Assembly: GCF_009914755.1 (NCBI RefSeq) | Contig: NC_060934.1 | Source of the DNA: the human T2T-CHM13v2.0 reference genome, Homo sapiens | Direction: 5' to 3' (one strand) | Length of the DNA stretch: 64,000 bases | Shown: positions 27,307 to 40,420 of the stretch, piece after piece | Numbering within the stretch: position 1 is the first letter of the stretch | Layout of the letters: each line of letters starts with the position of its first letter | Notes under the pieces: model-generated | The model's input: the letters and a program-made list of their open reading frames with translations, nothing else | What the model was told of the DNA's origin: nothing | Databases searched by the model: none | Made by a program: the position numbers and the translations under genes

Positions 27307-28995
27307 TGAGTTGACAGTGTGCTGGCAGCCCTCGCAGCCCTCGCTCGCTCTCGGTGCCTCCTTGGCCTTGGCGCCCACTCTGGCCGCACTTGAGCGCTTC
27401 AACCCGCCGCTGCACTGTGGGAGCCCCTTTCTGGGCTGGCCAAGGCCGGAGCCGGCTCCCTCAGCTTGCGGGGAGGTGTGGAGGGAGAGGCGCGTGCGGG
27501 AACTGGGGCTGCGCACAGGCTTGCGGGCCAGCGCGAGTTCTGGGTGGGCATGGGCTCGGCGGGCCCACACTCAGAGTGACCAGCCGGCCCCGCCAGCTCC
27601 GGGCAGTGAGGGGCTTAGCAACTGGGCCAGCAGCTGCTGCACTCGATTTCTCACCAGGCCTTAGCTGCCTCCCTGCTGGCAGGGCTCCGGACCTGCAGCC
27701 CACCATGTCTGAGCCTCCTCCCTCCCCAGCTGTGGGGTCCTGCGCAGCCTGAGCCTCCCTGACAAGCACAGCCCGCTGCTCCAGGGCGCCCGGTCCCATC
27801 AACCGCCCAAGGGCTGAGGAGTGTGGGTGCACCTCAGGGGACTGACGGGCAGCTCCATCTGCAGCCTACTGCAAGATCCACTGGGTGAAGCCAGCTGGGC
27901 TCCTGAGTCTAGTGGGGACTTGGAGAACCTTTATGTCTAGCTGAGGGATTGTAAATACACCAATCGGCACTCTGTATCTAGCTCAAGGTTTGTAAACACA
28001 CCAATCAGCACCCTGTGTCCAGCTCAGGGTTTGTGAATGCACCAATCGGCACTCTGTATCTAGTTAATCTGGTGGGGACTTGGAGAACCTTTATGTCTAG
28101 CTGAGGGACTGTAAATACACCAATCGACACTCTGTATCTAGCTCAAGGTCTGTAAACACACCAATCAGCACTCTGTGTCTAGCTCAGGGTTTGTGAATGC
28201 ACCAGTCGGTACTCTGTATCTAGTTAATCTGGTGGGGACTTGGAGAACATTTATGTCTAGCTAAGGGATTGTGAATGCACCAATTGGCACTCTGTATCTA
28301 GCTCAAGGTTTGTAAATGCACCAATCAGCACTCTGTGTCTAGCTCAGGGTTTGTAAATACACCAATTGACACTCTGTATCTAGCTAATCTAGTGGGGACG
28401 TGGAGAACTTTTGTGTCTAGCTCAGGGATTGTAAACGCACCAGTCAGCACCTTGTCAAAATGGACCAATCAGCTCTCTGTATAACAGACCAATCAGCTCT
28501 CTGTAAAATGGACGAATCAGCAGGATGTGGGTGGGGCCAGATAAGAGAATAAAAGCAGGCTGCCTGAGCCAGCAGTGGCAACCCGCTGGGGTCCCCCTTC
28601 CACAGTGTGGAAGCGTTGTTCTTTTGCTCTTTGCAATAAATGTTGCCTACTGCTCACTCTTTGGGTCCACACTGCCTTAATGAGCTGTAACACTCACCGC
28701 GAAGTTCTGCAGCTTCACTCCTGAAGCCATTAAGACCACGAACCCACCGGGAGGAACGAACAACTCCAGACATGCCGCCTTAAGAGCTGTACCACTCACC
28801 CCGAAGGTCTGCAGCTGCACTCCTGAGCCAGCGAGACCACGAACCCACCAGAAGGAGGAAACTCCAAACACATCCGAACATCAGAAGGAACAAACTCCGG
28901 ACATGCCGCCTTTAAGAACAGTAACACTCACCGCAAGTGTCCAGGGCTTCATTCTTGAAGTCAGTGAGACCAAGAACCCACCAATTCCGGACACA
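27307..28995 (+). mobile_element. Complete solo LTR12C-type (ERV9) LTR, 1689 bp
   Basis: TG...CA termini with 4-bp TSD GTAT (27303-27306, 28996-28999). GC/CpG-rich 5' U3, tandem CCAAT repeats, and U5 repeats ending gagaccaagaacccaccaattccggacaca. Confidence 0.95.
27911..28640 (+). promoter_or_regulatory. LTR12 U3 enhancer/promoter: CCAAT (NF-Y) array, GC-box-like site, GATA site, TATA-like element, polyA signal
   Basis: 10 intact CCAAT boxes at 27960-28493; gggtggggccagataagagaataaaagcagg at about 28529-28559; AATAAA at about 28635. Function is inferred from known ERV9/LTR12 biology. Confidence 0.75.
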
Positions 28996-30165
28996 GTATC
29001 ATTCTTAAGGACTGTATGAGTGGTGACATACAGAAGACACAGAGGCTACTTTGATAAATGGAAAGGGTAATTTTAGGGTTTTAAGCAGTAGCAAATAAAT
29101 ACATCCACTTCAGCCTACTTTAAAGGCTGAGACCATGGTAAAAAGCAAAATACAGCTTGAAATCTTGTCCAGAAGGGTCTCTGCTGGTTTCTCAATGTAA
29201 CATCTAATAAAAAATATGTTTTAATATCTATTATATTCAACCCAGGCAACCCCAGCTGTCAATCAGGCTGACATTCTTTTGCTTACAGTATTTAGATAAA
29301 TTAAACTGCCAGTCTTCATTTTTCCTGATGGCTATACCAACATGTCCCATTTTTATCTCAGATCTTATTTGAATTTAAAATCATACTAGTGCCTTCAGAG
29401 TCCTTACTTTCAGATTGCTATCTTCTGCGATGAAACCCAGGATACTAGGGCCCAAGCCTTCAATTCAAATGAAGTCTGACCGCTACATCAGAGGGGGACG
29501 TTGTTGCTGAGTCAGGAGGGAAGAGGCTTGAGAGCTGTGTCCTAAGATGACAGCAAATGGCTAAAAGGTGAGGAGAAATCTTCCCATCTGTGAAGCTGTA
29601 AGTACAACAACTCAGCCAGCCAGGGTTTGATTACCCCCAAACCTGAACCACTGAGGATGTCCCTGAAGGTGGCATTGGGTTAGATTTCTCACCATTTTAG
29701 AAACCTGAGCTACATCATGTGGGGGCTTTGGAGGTTCAGGACCTCAGACAGTAGTCGCGTTAATGAGATTCACTAACTAAAGCAAGAGCAATGAAGAAAC
29801 ACTGGTCACTGGCCTCCATTTGCATCCTCAACTTAAATTCAGTCTAACTCTAGGCTAAATCACCCAGTAGGCAAGTTTGACACTAAGGTCTGCCTATGCC
29901 TGTTTCCAGGTAACACTACTTTTGCTGTTTATTTACACTACCTCTTAGCATTCTCACGTTACTTTGTTACTGCCATCACTCCAAACCCCCAGGCTATATC
30001 TAATTTTCACCCTACTTAGCAATGTTATTTAAGCCATGACCACTCATTTGCACATGTATATCAGCAAAATTTACATTTCTTCGCTGCTCTTAGGAAGTAT
30101 GAAAACTACCAGTCACTCAGCAATCCATGGGAATCAATTTAATCAGCTAACAGAGCAGCAAAGCA

Positions 30166-30355
30166 GCAGCTTTCCATATTTATTCTGAACGAGCAGCATT
30201 AGCAACCCTAGGAAACTTGTCAGAGTTGCAAATTTCCAGGCAACACGTCAGATTTATTGAATCAAAAGGTAAAGTAGGGGGCACATAGTCCTGTAACCTG
30301 TGTTTAACAAGTCTTCTGAGTGATTCAGACATACAGGAAGGTGTTTGAACCACTG
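30166..30355. mobile_element. MER5A-like MITE
   Basis: gcagcattagca...ggaaacttgtcaga...tgaatca...ctgtgtttaacaag...gtgattc...tttgaaccactg. Confidence 0.75.
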
Positions 30356-30810
30356 AGCAAGAATAGCTCAATTTGAATAAAGTGGCCAGATCTGCAATTT
30401 ACTGAACATCTATTTCTTTTTAAATAGAACACTTTTTAACCCAAAATAAAGCTCCTTGGAACATGGCTATCTTTTATTTATGTTTCCATGTCCCAAATGT
30501 TACCAGTATGTGTTGAATACAATGGTAAGTTATAAAAAATGCTGAATGTAAATGAACCAACAGAATTTCAAATCACAGAGTTAAACTAAATAGAACCTAC
30601 GCTCTTAGGAGGCAGGTTGGCCTTGTGGTTAAAAGTAAAGGCTTTCCAATCAAATGGATCTTGGATCAAGTGCCAACTCAACCAATTCCTGGGCATACAT
30701 TTCTTAGGCAGCTTATTATTTATCTCTAGATGTCAATTTTCTTATCTGTAAAATGTAGATAGCAGATCCTATGCAAAATAGTTGTTGATTGGGTTTGGTG
30801 ATGTCTTTTT

Positions 30811-31926
30811 AGAGTGAAAAGATAAACCACAGACTGGGAGAAAAGCATTAGGCATAACTGATAAGGGACTATTATCTAAAATATACAAATAGCACTAAAG
30901 ACTCAACAATGGAGAATGAACTATACAATTTAAAAAAATAAGCCAAAGACCTTAATAGACATTTCATCAAAGAAGACATACAGCTGGCAAATAAGCGTAT
31001 AAAAAATGTTCCACATTATGCCATCAGAAAAATGCAAATTAAAGCAATGAGATACCACTACCTACCTACTAGAATGGCCAAAATCCAGAACACTGACAAT
31101 ATCAAGTGTTGGTGAGGATGTGGGGCAATAGGAACTCCCACTCATTGCTGGTGGGAAAACAAAGTACAGCCACTTTGGAAAACAGTTTAGTGGCCTCCTA
31201 CCAAGCTAAACATACTCTTACTATATGATCCAGCAAACTTGCTCTTTGGTGTCTTCTCAAACTTATGTCCATACAAAAACCTGCACACAGATGTTTACGA
31301 CTTTATCCATAATTGCCAAACCATGGAAGCAACCAAGATACCCTTCGGTAGATGAATGGTAAATAAGCTGTGATACATCCAGACAAGGGAAGATTATTCA
31401 CCAATAAAAGGAAATGAGTAATCGAGCCATGAAAAGACATGGAGGAACCTTAAATAAATTTTGCTAAATGTAAGAAGTGTAAAAATGCAATTTGAAAACT
31501 CTCCATAGTTTTGACATTCTGGAAACGTCAAAACTATGGAGACAGTAAAAATATCAGTGGTAGCCAAGTGTTGTGGGGAGGGAGAGACGAATAGGTGGAG
31601 TACAGAGAGAATATTTAAGGCAGTGGAATTCTACTCTGTACATTATAAGTTTGGATGCATGTTATTAGACATTTGTCCAGAACCATAAAATGTATACTAC
31701 CAAAAGTTAACCCTAGTGTAAACTATGGTCTTACGGTGAGAATATTTTGCCAATATAGGCTCATCAGTTACAACAACTGTGCCACTCTGACGGGGGATAT
31801 TGATTGATACATGGGGAGTCTGTGGATGTGTGGGGGGCAACAAATATATGGGAGATCTCTGTGCTTTTTTCTCAATTTTTTTGTAAACCTAAAATTGCTG
31901 TAAATAATAAAGTCTATTTTAAAAAA
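30811..31926 (+). mobile_element. L1MC-type 3' end inserted into a MIR (MIR parts at about 30610-30790 and 31938-32010)
   Basis: aaaactatggagacagtaaaa...aaccctagtgtaaactatgg...tgtaaacctaaaattgct...aataaagtctattttaaaaaa. Confidence 0.88.
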
Positions 31927-32442
31927 GAGGAAAATTCAATTAGATGATATTAATGAGGTGCTTTGAACAATTGTGGGCATAGTATAAATCTGCTAATAGT
32001 TACTATTATTGGTGTTTACCATTTAAAAATATGGTTCTAAGGTTTGTTTTAATGAGTTAAAATATCCCATAAGGAATATTTATTTGTATTCCAGAAAGCT
32101 GCTAGAAAAGTAAAATTCTTAACATTTAATTCTCAATGCTCATTCTATTTCTGTTAATTAACAGTCACTTGTTCAAAGCTGATTAGAATGAGAGAACATA
32201 GGCCACATCTAACTAGAACTCCAGTGGGTTTACTTTATTATCTGTGTCAAAAACCCACCTACAAGTAATCCTAGAAATGCATTTTCTTTCTTTCTCAGAG
32301 TTTGTTAGATTATATCACTGAACACATCATTGACCAGGAAGCTTATGAGTCTTAAGTTATTGTTGTCAAGGCCATCTCATTACATGTACATACAAAGATC
32401 CATAAATTCAATAGACAACTTTAGTTTTCAGATTTGTTAATA

Positions 32443-32762
32443 TATTGTTGTCTCTCAGTGTCAGTGGGAAGTTGGTTCCAGTACCCCGAGGATAAGAAAA
32501 CCGTTGGATGCTAACTTCCCTTATATAAAATGGTGATATTTGCATATAATCTACATGCATTCTACTGTAGAATTTAAATCATCTCTAGAGTACTTATAAT
32601 ATCTAATAAAATGTAAATACCATATAAATAGTGTTTACATTTTTATATTTGTTATTTTTTATTGTTATATTCTTATTTTGGGAGAGTTTCTTTTGTATAT
32701 TCTTGATCTGCAGTTGGTTGAATCTGCAGATGCAAAACCCTCAGACATGGAGGACCAACTGT
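32443..32762. mobile_element. MER2 (TcMar-Tigger MITE)
   Basis: ttggttccag...cccttatataaaatgg...tttaaatcatctctaga...cagttggttgaatctgcagatgc...ggaccaactg followed by TA. Confidence 0.85.
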
Positions 32763-35401
32763 AATAGTCTCAGATCCCTTCACTGGGGAAAACAGTTTAC
32801 TAAAACGTCTGTTACTACAGCAGGCTTGCAATTTTGCAAACAAACATCGGTCTGTTCTGCACAGGCACACAGAGTGTGTGAAGCCAGGAGGGAAACACTG
32901 GATCCCATTGGTGTAAATTGTCACAAAACCGAAGTGTTGTCTCTTGGTGAGTTCTGTGTGGAGGTATACACAGCTGCTCCATTACAGTGAGCAATCAACC
33001 ACTGAGAAGGTTCACTGCGTTTACTGTGTGAGAGAAGGAAGCCTGGCCTCAACTCAGTATTGTCACTATGGGTGACTTGGGAGATTTCCATTTGTATCAC
33101 CCCAAGCTTTATTAGCTACATCCCCAGACATTTCAAGTAAATACACAACAACAACAATTCTGAATAGTCAAATGCAGTTTAAAAACAACTATTGTAGCCC
33201 CGTTCACAAGTCTAGCAGATGCTGTCTCTAGTAAAAAATATGTGAATTATCAAAATAGCTAGAATTAGACCATGAACAAAAGGCAAGCGATTTTTCTATT
33301 TGTCCTGCTTCAAGAAAATGATAAAAAGACTAAATAATTGATTTTGATGTTAAATGAATGCTAGTTACAGGCTATTTTACAATAGTCCAATTTTGGCCCA
33401 CCAGTGATAATGTTTTAAATGTCTGTATTTCTAAATTGTTTATCTTCTGTTACTTTATACCTTATTTTGCATATGATCTGATTTCAGAAAGAAGGCTGTT
33501 TTCCCTTTATTTTGAAATTGGAAGTGGGGGTAAAGAGATTATTCAGTAAACCAGATTATATTCAGAGTGTAGTCCTTCTCATATTCCAGCTAATCATCAA
33601 AGGCATTAAACTCAAATGCACATTGTAAGAGCGAAAGCCAGACTAAAGTGGTATATTTTCATTTCAATTCCACTTGTTATTTTTATAGTATTACTATAAT
33701 AGAAACTGTTTAATTTTGCCATTATAGAAAGAAGTTCACTCGAGTAAGTGTGGCTTGAAATCAAGAATATCAAACATTATTTGTTTTCTAAGTACCCAGA
33801 TGTAGGTGGCGTTCCATTCAGGAAGCTCAGTGTATTAATCAAAGCATAGACATGTAAAACTGGGGAGAAAGAAGCTCTGGAAAGAGCACTGAGCTTGACC
33901 CTAAGCTCTGTCACTGAAGAGGTACATGACCCTGAACAAGTCATATCACTCCCACAATAACGTTTCATGAGTGGCACCTTGCTGTAAACTATTCAATGTT
34001 GCCATGCCTTTGCACAAGCTCTTCCCTTTGCAAGAATATCATTCCTTCCTCCTCCCTAATTTCTAGTTAGTATGTTCTTTCTCTTTCCTCAAGTTTTTAC
34101 CCAAGCAATGCCTCATTAGATTTTCTTTTGCTCTTTTTACATAGAGCTGGCTGTAAATGTTTTAAATATAAAAATATACATCAATATATTGAAGCACAAA
34201 TTTTAATATTGTGCGTCTAAAATATTTCGGTGATAATAGGGTTCCTGAATCACTCTCTATTGTGATTCTTTTTTGTCTACATGTTTCCTGGCCCTGTCAG
34301 ATATATATGTCTTAAAAACAAAGTGTACCTTGCTCAACTATGTTTTTATACTATCCAGTATTCACTAGTATACATTTAGTAAATAATGGATGAATCGTTT
34401 CTCAATAAAGTAACATAATGTAACTGTGCTCTCCACCTCACAGAATGTTGAATTTGTGAAATTATGACAATTAAAATGTCTTCCAACTTTACCAAAGTAT
34501 GCATATGTCAAAAATTTTTATAATCTCCCAAAGAGACAAAGAGAATCATAATTGCTCATCAACAGAATACAAATTTCGGTGTTGTGAAACCACTAATGAC
34601 CAACCTCAAGCTGTTCTTTGGGAAAGGATAACCAACACTGGATATTGAGTCAGAAAAGGAAAATGGATGGCCAGGCTATGTGTGTTTGTTTCTTTGTTTT
34701 GTTTTGTTTATAATAAGATACAGAGCATATAGAGATGTAAGAAATTGCAATGGAGACATGCTTTGAAACAGAATCAGAATGTTAAGAATGCTTAAAAACA
34801 TTCTTCCACAAGCCTACATTGTATTTGGCAAGTCTGCTTCTGAAATCCAGGGCCTTTTCCTCCTTGAGAGCATCTTGGTTGATTTCCGCAGGGTGCATGA
34901 TCCTTCAATACTATTCAGGATTATACGAGGCATCAGAAATACCAGAGAACTGGACGTGGCTCATGGAAAGAGCTCAGGGAGAAAGGCCTTTATGGCCAGA
35001 ACAGCACTGAGTCACCCACTATTGCTGCTGGTGGGTGGTTATTCAGGTTACTACATCTTTAATTCTGAATTTATTGCAGAATTTATTTATGGATATTCGG
35101 ATAACATGGAAGCAAGCACTTACTTTCTTTGGTAGACTTGAGGAGGAATACAATGTATCCCAACTAGAGTGGCTGGAACATTTTCCCCTTGCTGTTAAAA
35201 CTCCTGCTGGGGTGAGGATAGGGAAAGAGAAATACAGGATACCTACCAACTGAGTATATTCATAGTCAACTTTCTCTCCCGCTAGTCTAAATATAATAAA
35301 CTCCATGAAACACCTCTCATCTAGCATGAAGCCTAACACCCTAACACATAACTGGTAATTAACAAATGTTTGTTTAATAAAAATGATTAAGTGGATATAT
35401 T

Positions 35402-35706
35402 CTTTTTTTTTTTCTTTTTCTTTTTTGAGACAGGGATCTGCTCTGTCGTCCAGGCTGGACTGTAGTGATGCAGTCTCAGATCTCTGCAACCTCTGTCCCC
35501 CAGGGTCAAGGGATCCTTCCACCTCAGCCTCCTGGGTAGCTGGGACTACAGGCACGTGCCACGAAACCTGGCTAATTTTTGTATTTTTCATAGAGATGGG
35601 GTTTCACCATGTTGCCCAGGCTGGTCTCGAACTCCTGGACTCAAGTGCTCTATTCTCCTCGGCCTCCCCATGCGCTGAGATTACAGACGTTAGCCACCGT
35701 GCCTGG
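35402..35706 (-). mobile_element. AluJ, full length
   Basis: Antisense Alu with actcctggactcaagtg. TSD taagtggatatattct / taagtggatattct. Confidence 0.92.
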
Positions 35707-36179
35707 TGTAAGTGGATATTCTTAGTAGTGACATACTCAGAGATATTGGTGCCTCAAATCTACTCAATGAAGAGAATGCTACAAATATGAAGAATCAGGG
35801 AGTTTAAAAGCTTAGTTATGCAACAGTAGCTCAGGTATTCATCTCCCCACAGAAAGAGAATTCAGGGGATGGGTTTCTACCTTGAAGCATAAAAGTGGGG
35901 CAGATATGGATATGTCTGTACCTCGATTCCAGTTTTACTCAGCATCCTCTAAGAGCCCCAGTAGGAAAAGAACCCTAGAGATAAAGAAATGAGAACCCAA
36001 GTCAGGCCCTGCCATTGTCAGCTATGTAACCTGGACATACCACTTTGGTTTTCTAGATCCCCCATTTTCTGAAAAAATGGTGAGGAATCTGGCAGGTCAC
36101 TCTGTGCTTCTAATGAAATTTCTTCCAGATAAACCTGACAGCAAAGGTGAGTGAAGGTCTGAGCCCAGGCTCAGACTAA

Positions 36180-36536
<357 letters not shown>

Positions 36537-37311
36537 TCAATTTTCTTTTTTGAGATTCAAGCACATCCCTCACTGGACTTCAAAATCTGCCTGTGTTTGT
36601 TCAAATATAAAACAAGTTTTTGTGTATATAACCTTCTAATGGAAGAAAACACTTTCTGGAAGCTAAGACAGTTGTAGCCTTTGATTTCTAGTAGTGCTTA
36701 GTGTCCCACCTCATGCCGTCATGGGTACCGCATCTCAGCTGCAAAAGCAAAGAGATACATGGTATCTCTTTTATATCCAAAGTCTATTTTTGAAAATAAT
36801 TTTGAAGATTACTCTCCCTCTTTTCCTCAAGCTTACCACAATTTTCTCTTCTGCTATATGATATTTTGTATGATTTCTTCTGCTGTATGATAATCAAAAT
36901 TTGCCTTTGATTAGTAAACTTAGGAAACAGTAAACTTTAAGGGTAACTGTTAGTAAATCCTTGAATTAATTAACCATCCTTTATTGATTGCCTGGATTCA
37001 CTGCCTCTGAGCTATCCTACTTCTCAGTAAGTCAAACCAAGTTAAATATAAAATGTCACCTTCATTAAAAACGTGGCATAATGTCATAATATTTTACCAG
37101 CGGGCCCACTTGCTTCTTGATCATAAATTACCGAAATTCCTACAGTTAGAATATTTATTTCCTTGCTCTTATTTTTGGTGTTACTGTTGTCATTGTTTTA
37201 CTACTCAGTTAAATAGTAAGTAGAACTTTATTCAGGGGTAAACTATTTTGTTTTGTGTTCAAAGAAAATGCCTGGTTTGCCTGGGTTGCTGAGGGTTAAT
37301 ATGTAATAAGG

Positions 37312-37610
37312 GGCTGGGAGCAGTGGCTCATGCCTGTAATCCCAGCACTTTGGGAGGCCAAGGCGGGTGGATCACTTGAGGTCGGGAGTTTGAGACCAAC
37401 CTGGCCAACATGGTGAAACCCCGTCGCTACTAAAAATACAAAAATTAGCCAGGTGTGGTGGCTCATGTCTGTAATCCCAGCTACTCAGGAGGCTGAGGCA
37501 GGAGAATTGCTTGCACCCCGGGAGGTGGAGGTTGCAGTGAGCCGAGATTGCGTCACTGCACTCCAGCCTGGGTGACAGAGTGGGACTCTGTTCCCCTGCC
37601 ACCCCCCCAA
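37312..37610 (+). mobile_element. AluS (Sx/Sz-like) with a C-rich tail
   Basis: Full dimer; TSD atgtaataagg at 37301-37311 and 37611-37621. Confidence 0.93.
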
Positions 37611-38579
37611 ATGTAATAAGGAGTTCCAAGATTATTTCACAAGAAGAACACATTCTTCCTCTAAGTTTCCTGCAAAAAAAAAAAATAAAAAAGTACCAGC
37701 TTTTCTTCCACATGTCCTAAACTGAGTAAAGATCTGCTTCACTGCTACAGACCAAAAAGAAAGTCCCTACTGGCAGTAGTTTTTGGGAGGTAAATGTCAC
37801 CAGAAGGTTATCAAGGCCTTTAAATCAGAATGCCATCTTTGACCCTTGGGATAAAAAGGCAAAACTTTAGCCTTACAAGGTGAAATATTAGCAATTATTT
37901 GCATCCAGGCTACATGCCCAACTTTGAAAGACTCGCCCAAGAATATGTTCCTAAGTCATTACAGATGACAATTCATATTGTGAAAAGAATTTTCCAGCAT
38001 TCAGAACAACAACTCATCAGCAAGTCGTCTTCAGGGAAACAATTAAAACTGATGATAGAATTTAATCTGAATTGAGAAAAAGGCATCATTACCCTTGCAC
38101 CTGACAATTTCTTTAAGTAACAATCCATTATTACTAATCCACTTTGAAACAGTTATCTAAAGGTAATTTGTATCAATATAAGCCAAACACACAGGTTATT
38201 GCTGACCTAGTACTTGCGATTACATAAATAAAGCTTTTCTTGCTGTACAGAAACATTTCTTCGTATCAACATATTATATGATTCAAAAATATCTTCAGTC
38301 TGAGCCAAATGAAGTCACGTAGAAAAGAGTTAAATCACTTATTGAAGGCCCTCTAACTGCTGAGAACACTGCTCAAATATGATCATAAATGACATTTGAT
38401 GATCTCATCCTTTTCAAGATCAATATTTTAATTACATACAGTTCTGGTTCAGAATTGAGGAATTTATATAAAAAGTTATCAAAAAGGAAGGGCTATGGCT
38501 ATTTGTTTGGTATAATAAAGCATAATTCATACTTTAATAACTTGTTAAACTTATTCTGATATGACACCATATCAGAAGT

Positions 38580-38583
<4 letters not shown>

Positions 38584-38614
<31 letters not shown>
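38584..38614. repeat. (TG)15 microsatellite
   Basis: Seen directly. Confidence 0.95.
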
Positions 38615-38617
<3 letters not shown>

Positions 38618-39770
38618 GCTCAACATCACTAATCATCAGGGAAATGGAAACCAAAAACACAAGATACCACCTTACATCTGTCAAGTTGACTATCATAGAA
38701 AAGATAAAATAAAAAGACAACAAGTGCTGACAGGAATGTGGAAAAATTGGAACCCTTGCACACCATTGGTCTATGCCTTAGTCAGTTTTGTGTTCTTCTG
38801 ACAGAATACCAATGACTGCGTAATTTATACAGAGCAGGCATTTATTTGGCTTAATGTTCTGGAGACTGGAAAACTCCAAGAGCGTGGCACTGGCATCTAG
38901 CCAGGGTCTTGGTGCTGCATCATTTCATGGGAGAAAGTAGAAGGGACTTCTACTGTGACAGCAAAAGAGCACAGGGGAGGCTGAACTCATTTTTATAAGA
39001 AACCTACTCTCGCAGTAACTAATCCACTCCCACAAGGTGAACATTAATTAATCACCTCTTATTAAGTCCATCTCCTAGTATTGTTGCTTTGGAGATTTGG
39101 TTTCTGGCACATGAAATCTGGGGACACATTCCAATTATACCGGTGGGAATGCAAAAGGATACAGCCACTACAGAATACAATATGATGGTTTATTAAAAAT
39201 TAAAAGAACTGTCATATGAATCAGCAATCCTGTTACTAGATATTTATCCAAAATAATTGAAATCAGAATCTCAAACAGATATTAGCACTCCTATATTCAT
39301 TGCACACTATTCACAATAGCCAAGTTATGGAAACAACCTAAATATCTATTGATATGTGAATGGATAAGGAAACTATGATATCCACAAACAGTGGAATAAT
39401 ATTTAGCATTAATAAAGGATGTTATGCAGTGTGACAATGTGATCGAACCTTGAGGGCATTATGGTAAGGAAAATTACAAATGTCACAGAAAGACAAATGT
39501 CGCATGATTCCACTTACATAAGGTATCTAAAATAGTTGAATTTATAGAATCAAAAAGTGGAATGGTATTTATAAGAGGCTGGAGAGAGGGAGATATGAGG
39601 AGTTACTTATCAATTGACATAAAGCTTCAGTCAAGCAAAATGAATAAGCTCTAGAGATCTGCTGTGTAACACTGCACCTATCATCAACAATGTATTAGAA
39701 GCTTACAAATTTATTGAGGATATATCTCCTGTTAACTGTCTTTAACACAGTAAAATACAATTAAAAACAA
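38615..39770 (+). mobile_element. L1MA-type 3' end interrupted by an MST LTR
   Basis: gctcaacatcactaatcatcagggaaatg...attggaacccttg | ggtgggaatgcaaaa...atgaataagctctagagatctgctgtg. Confidence 0.85.
38774..39140 (-). mobile_element. MaLR solo LTR, MSTC-like
   Basis: tgccttagtcagttttgtg...ttctggagactgg...ccaagagcgtggcactggcatct...taatcacctctta...ggggacacattc. Confidence 0.8.
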
Positions 39771-40049
39771 ACTTGCTGTGCCAAGATGCCTTAAGAAAGA
39801 GATAAATATTCGGCTTTTATTGGTACTAGTGGCAATGGTAATTGAAGAAAGGAAAAGAAAAGCAAGAAAATGTACACAAATTATTCACTCATTCTTGAAG
39901 GTGAGATCAGGAGGCAAAGCCTCAAGTCTTCTGTAGTAGACATTTAATAAAGGCTGCAAAATAATTGCTTTGGTAAGTGTATTGTTTTTATTTTTTAAAT
40001 ATTATATATAAGTATATATCATATATATTATATAAAATATAATTATAGG

Positions 40050-40420
40050 TAGATACAGTATGTGGACAACTTCAAAATCAGAAAAAATGAACACCCCATG
40101 TGACCAACATTCAAATCAAGTAACACATCAACATTTTAGAAATTGCTACTCTCTTAAAGATAACCACTATTCTTCCTTGAAACAGCATAGATTAGTTGTG
40201 CCTGTTGGTTTTTTACTGAATATAAACAGAATGTTATAGTATGTACCATTATGCTGGCTTCCTTTAATCAACATCGTGTTTGTCGGATTCATCTCTTTTT
40301 ACATACATTCCTAGATTGCTCATTTTCAGTACTGTATTGTTTATCACTGAGTGAATATACCATATTTTATTTATCCATTCAAATTTTTATAGAGTTTTGA
40401 GTAGTTTGCTCAAGTTATCT
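40050..40420 (-). mobile_element. Old L1ME 3' fragment
   Basis: taaccactatt...catagattagttgtgcctgtt...tggcttccttt...gaatataccatattttatttatccatt. Confidence 0.65.

Noticed and set aside
27220-27832. Overlapping GC-rich ORFs of 116-132 aa; apparent CpG-island gene start
   Set aside because: They lie almost wholly within LTR12C U3, and high GC explains the scarcity of stop codons.
27911-28520. CRISPR-like regularly spaced repeats
   Set aside because: These are tandem subrepeats of the ERV9 LTR with no unique spacers and no cas genes, in a eukaryotic context.
29484-29500. CTCF-like motif catcagagggggac
   Set aside because: It mismatches the core consensus at key positions; too weak to call without ChIP data.
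34779-35135. 118-aa ORF in unique sequence as a small gene or processed pseudogene
   Set aside because: No recognisable homology, no polyA/TSD signature and no promoter context; compatible with chance.
35043-35591. Longest ORF (182 aa, minus strand) as a protein-coding gene
   Set aside because: The N-terminal third is translated Alu and the remainder has no recognisable domain.
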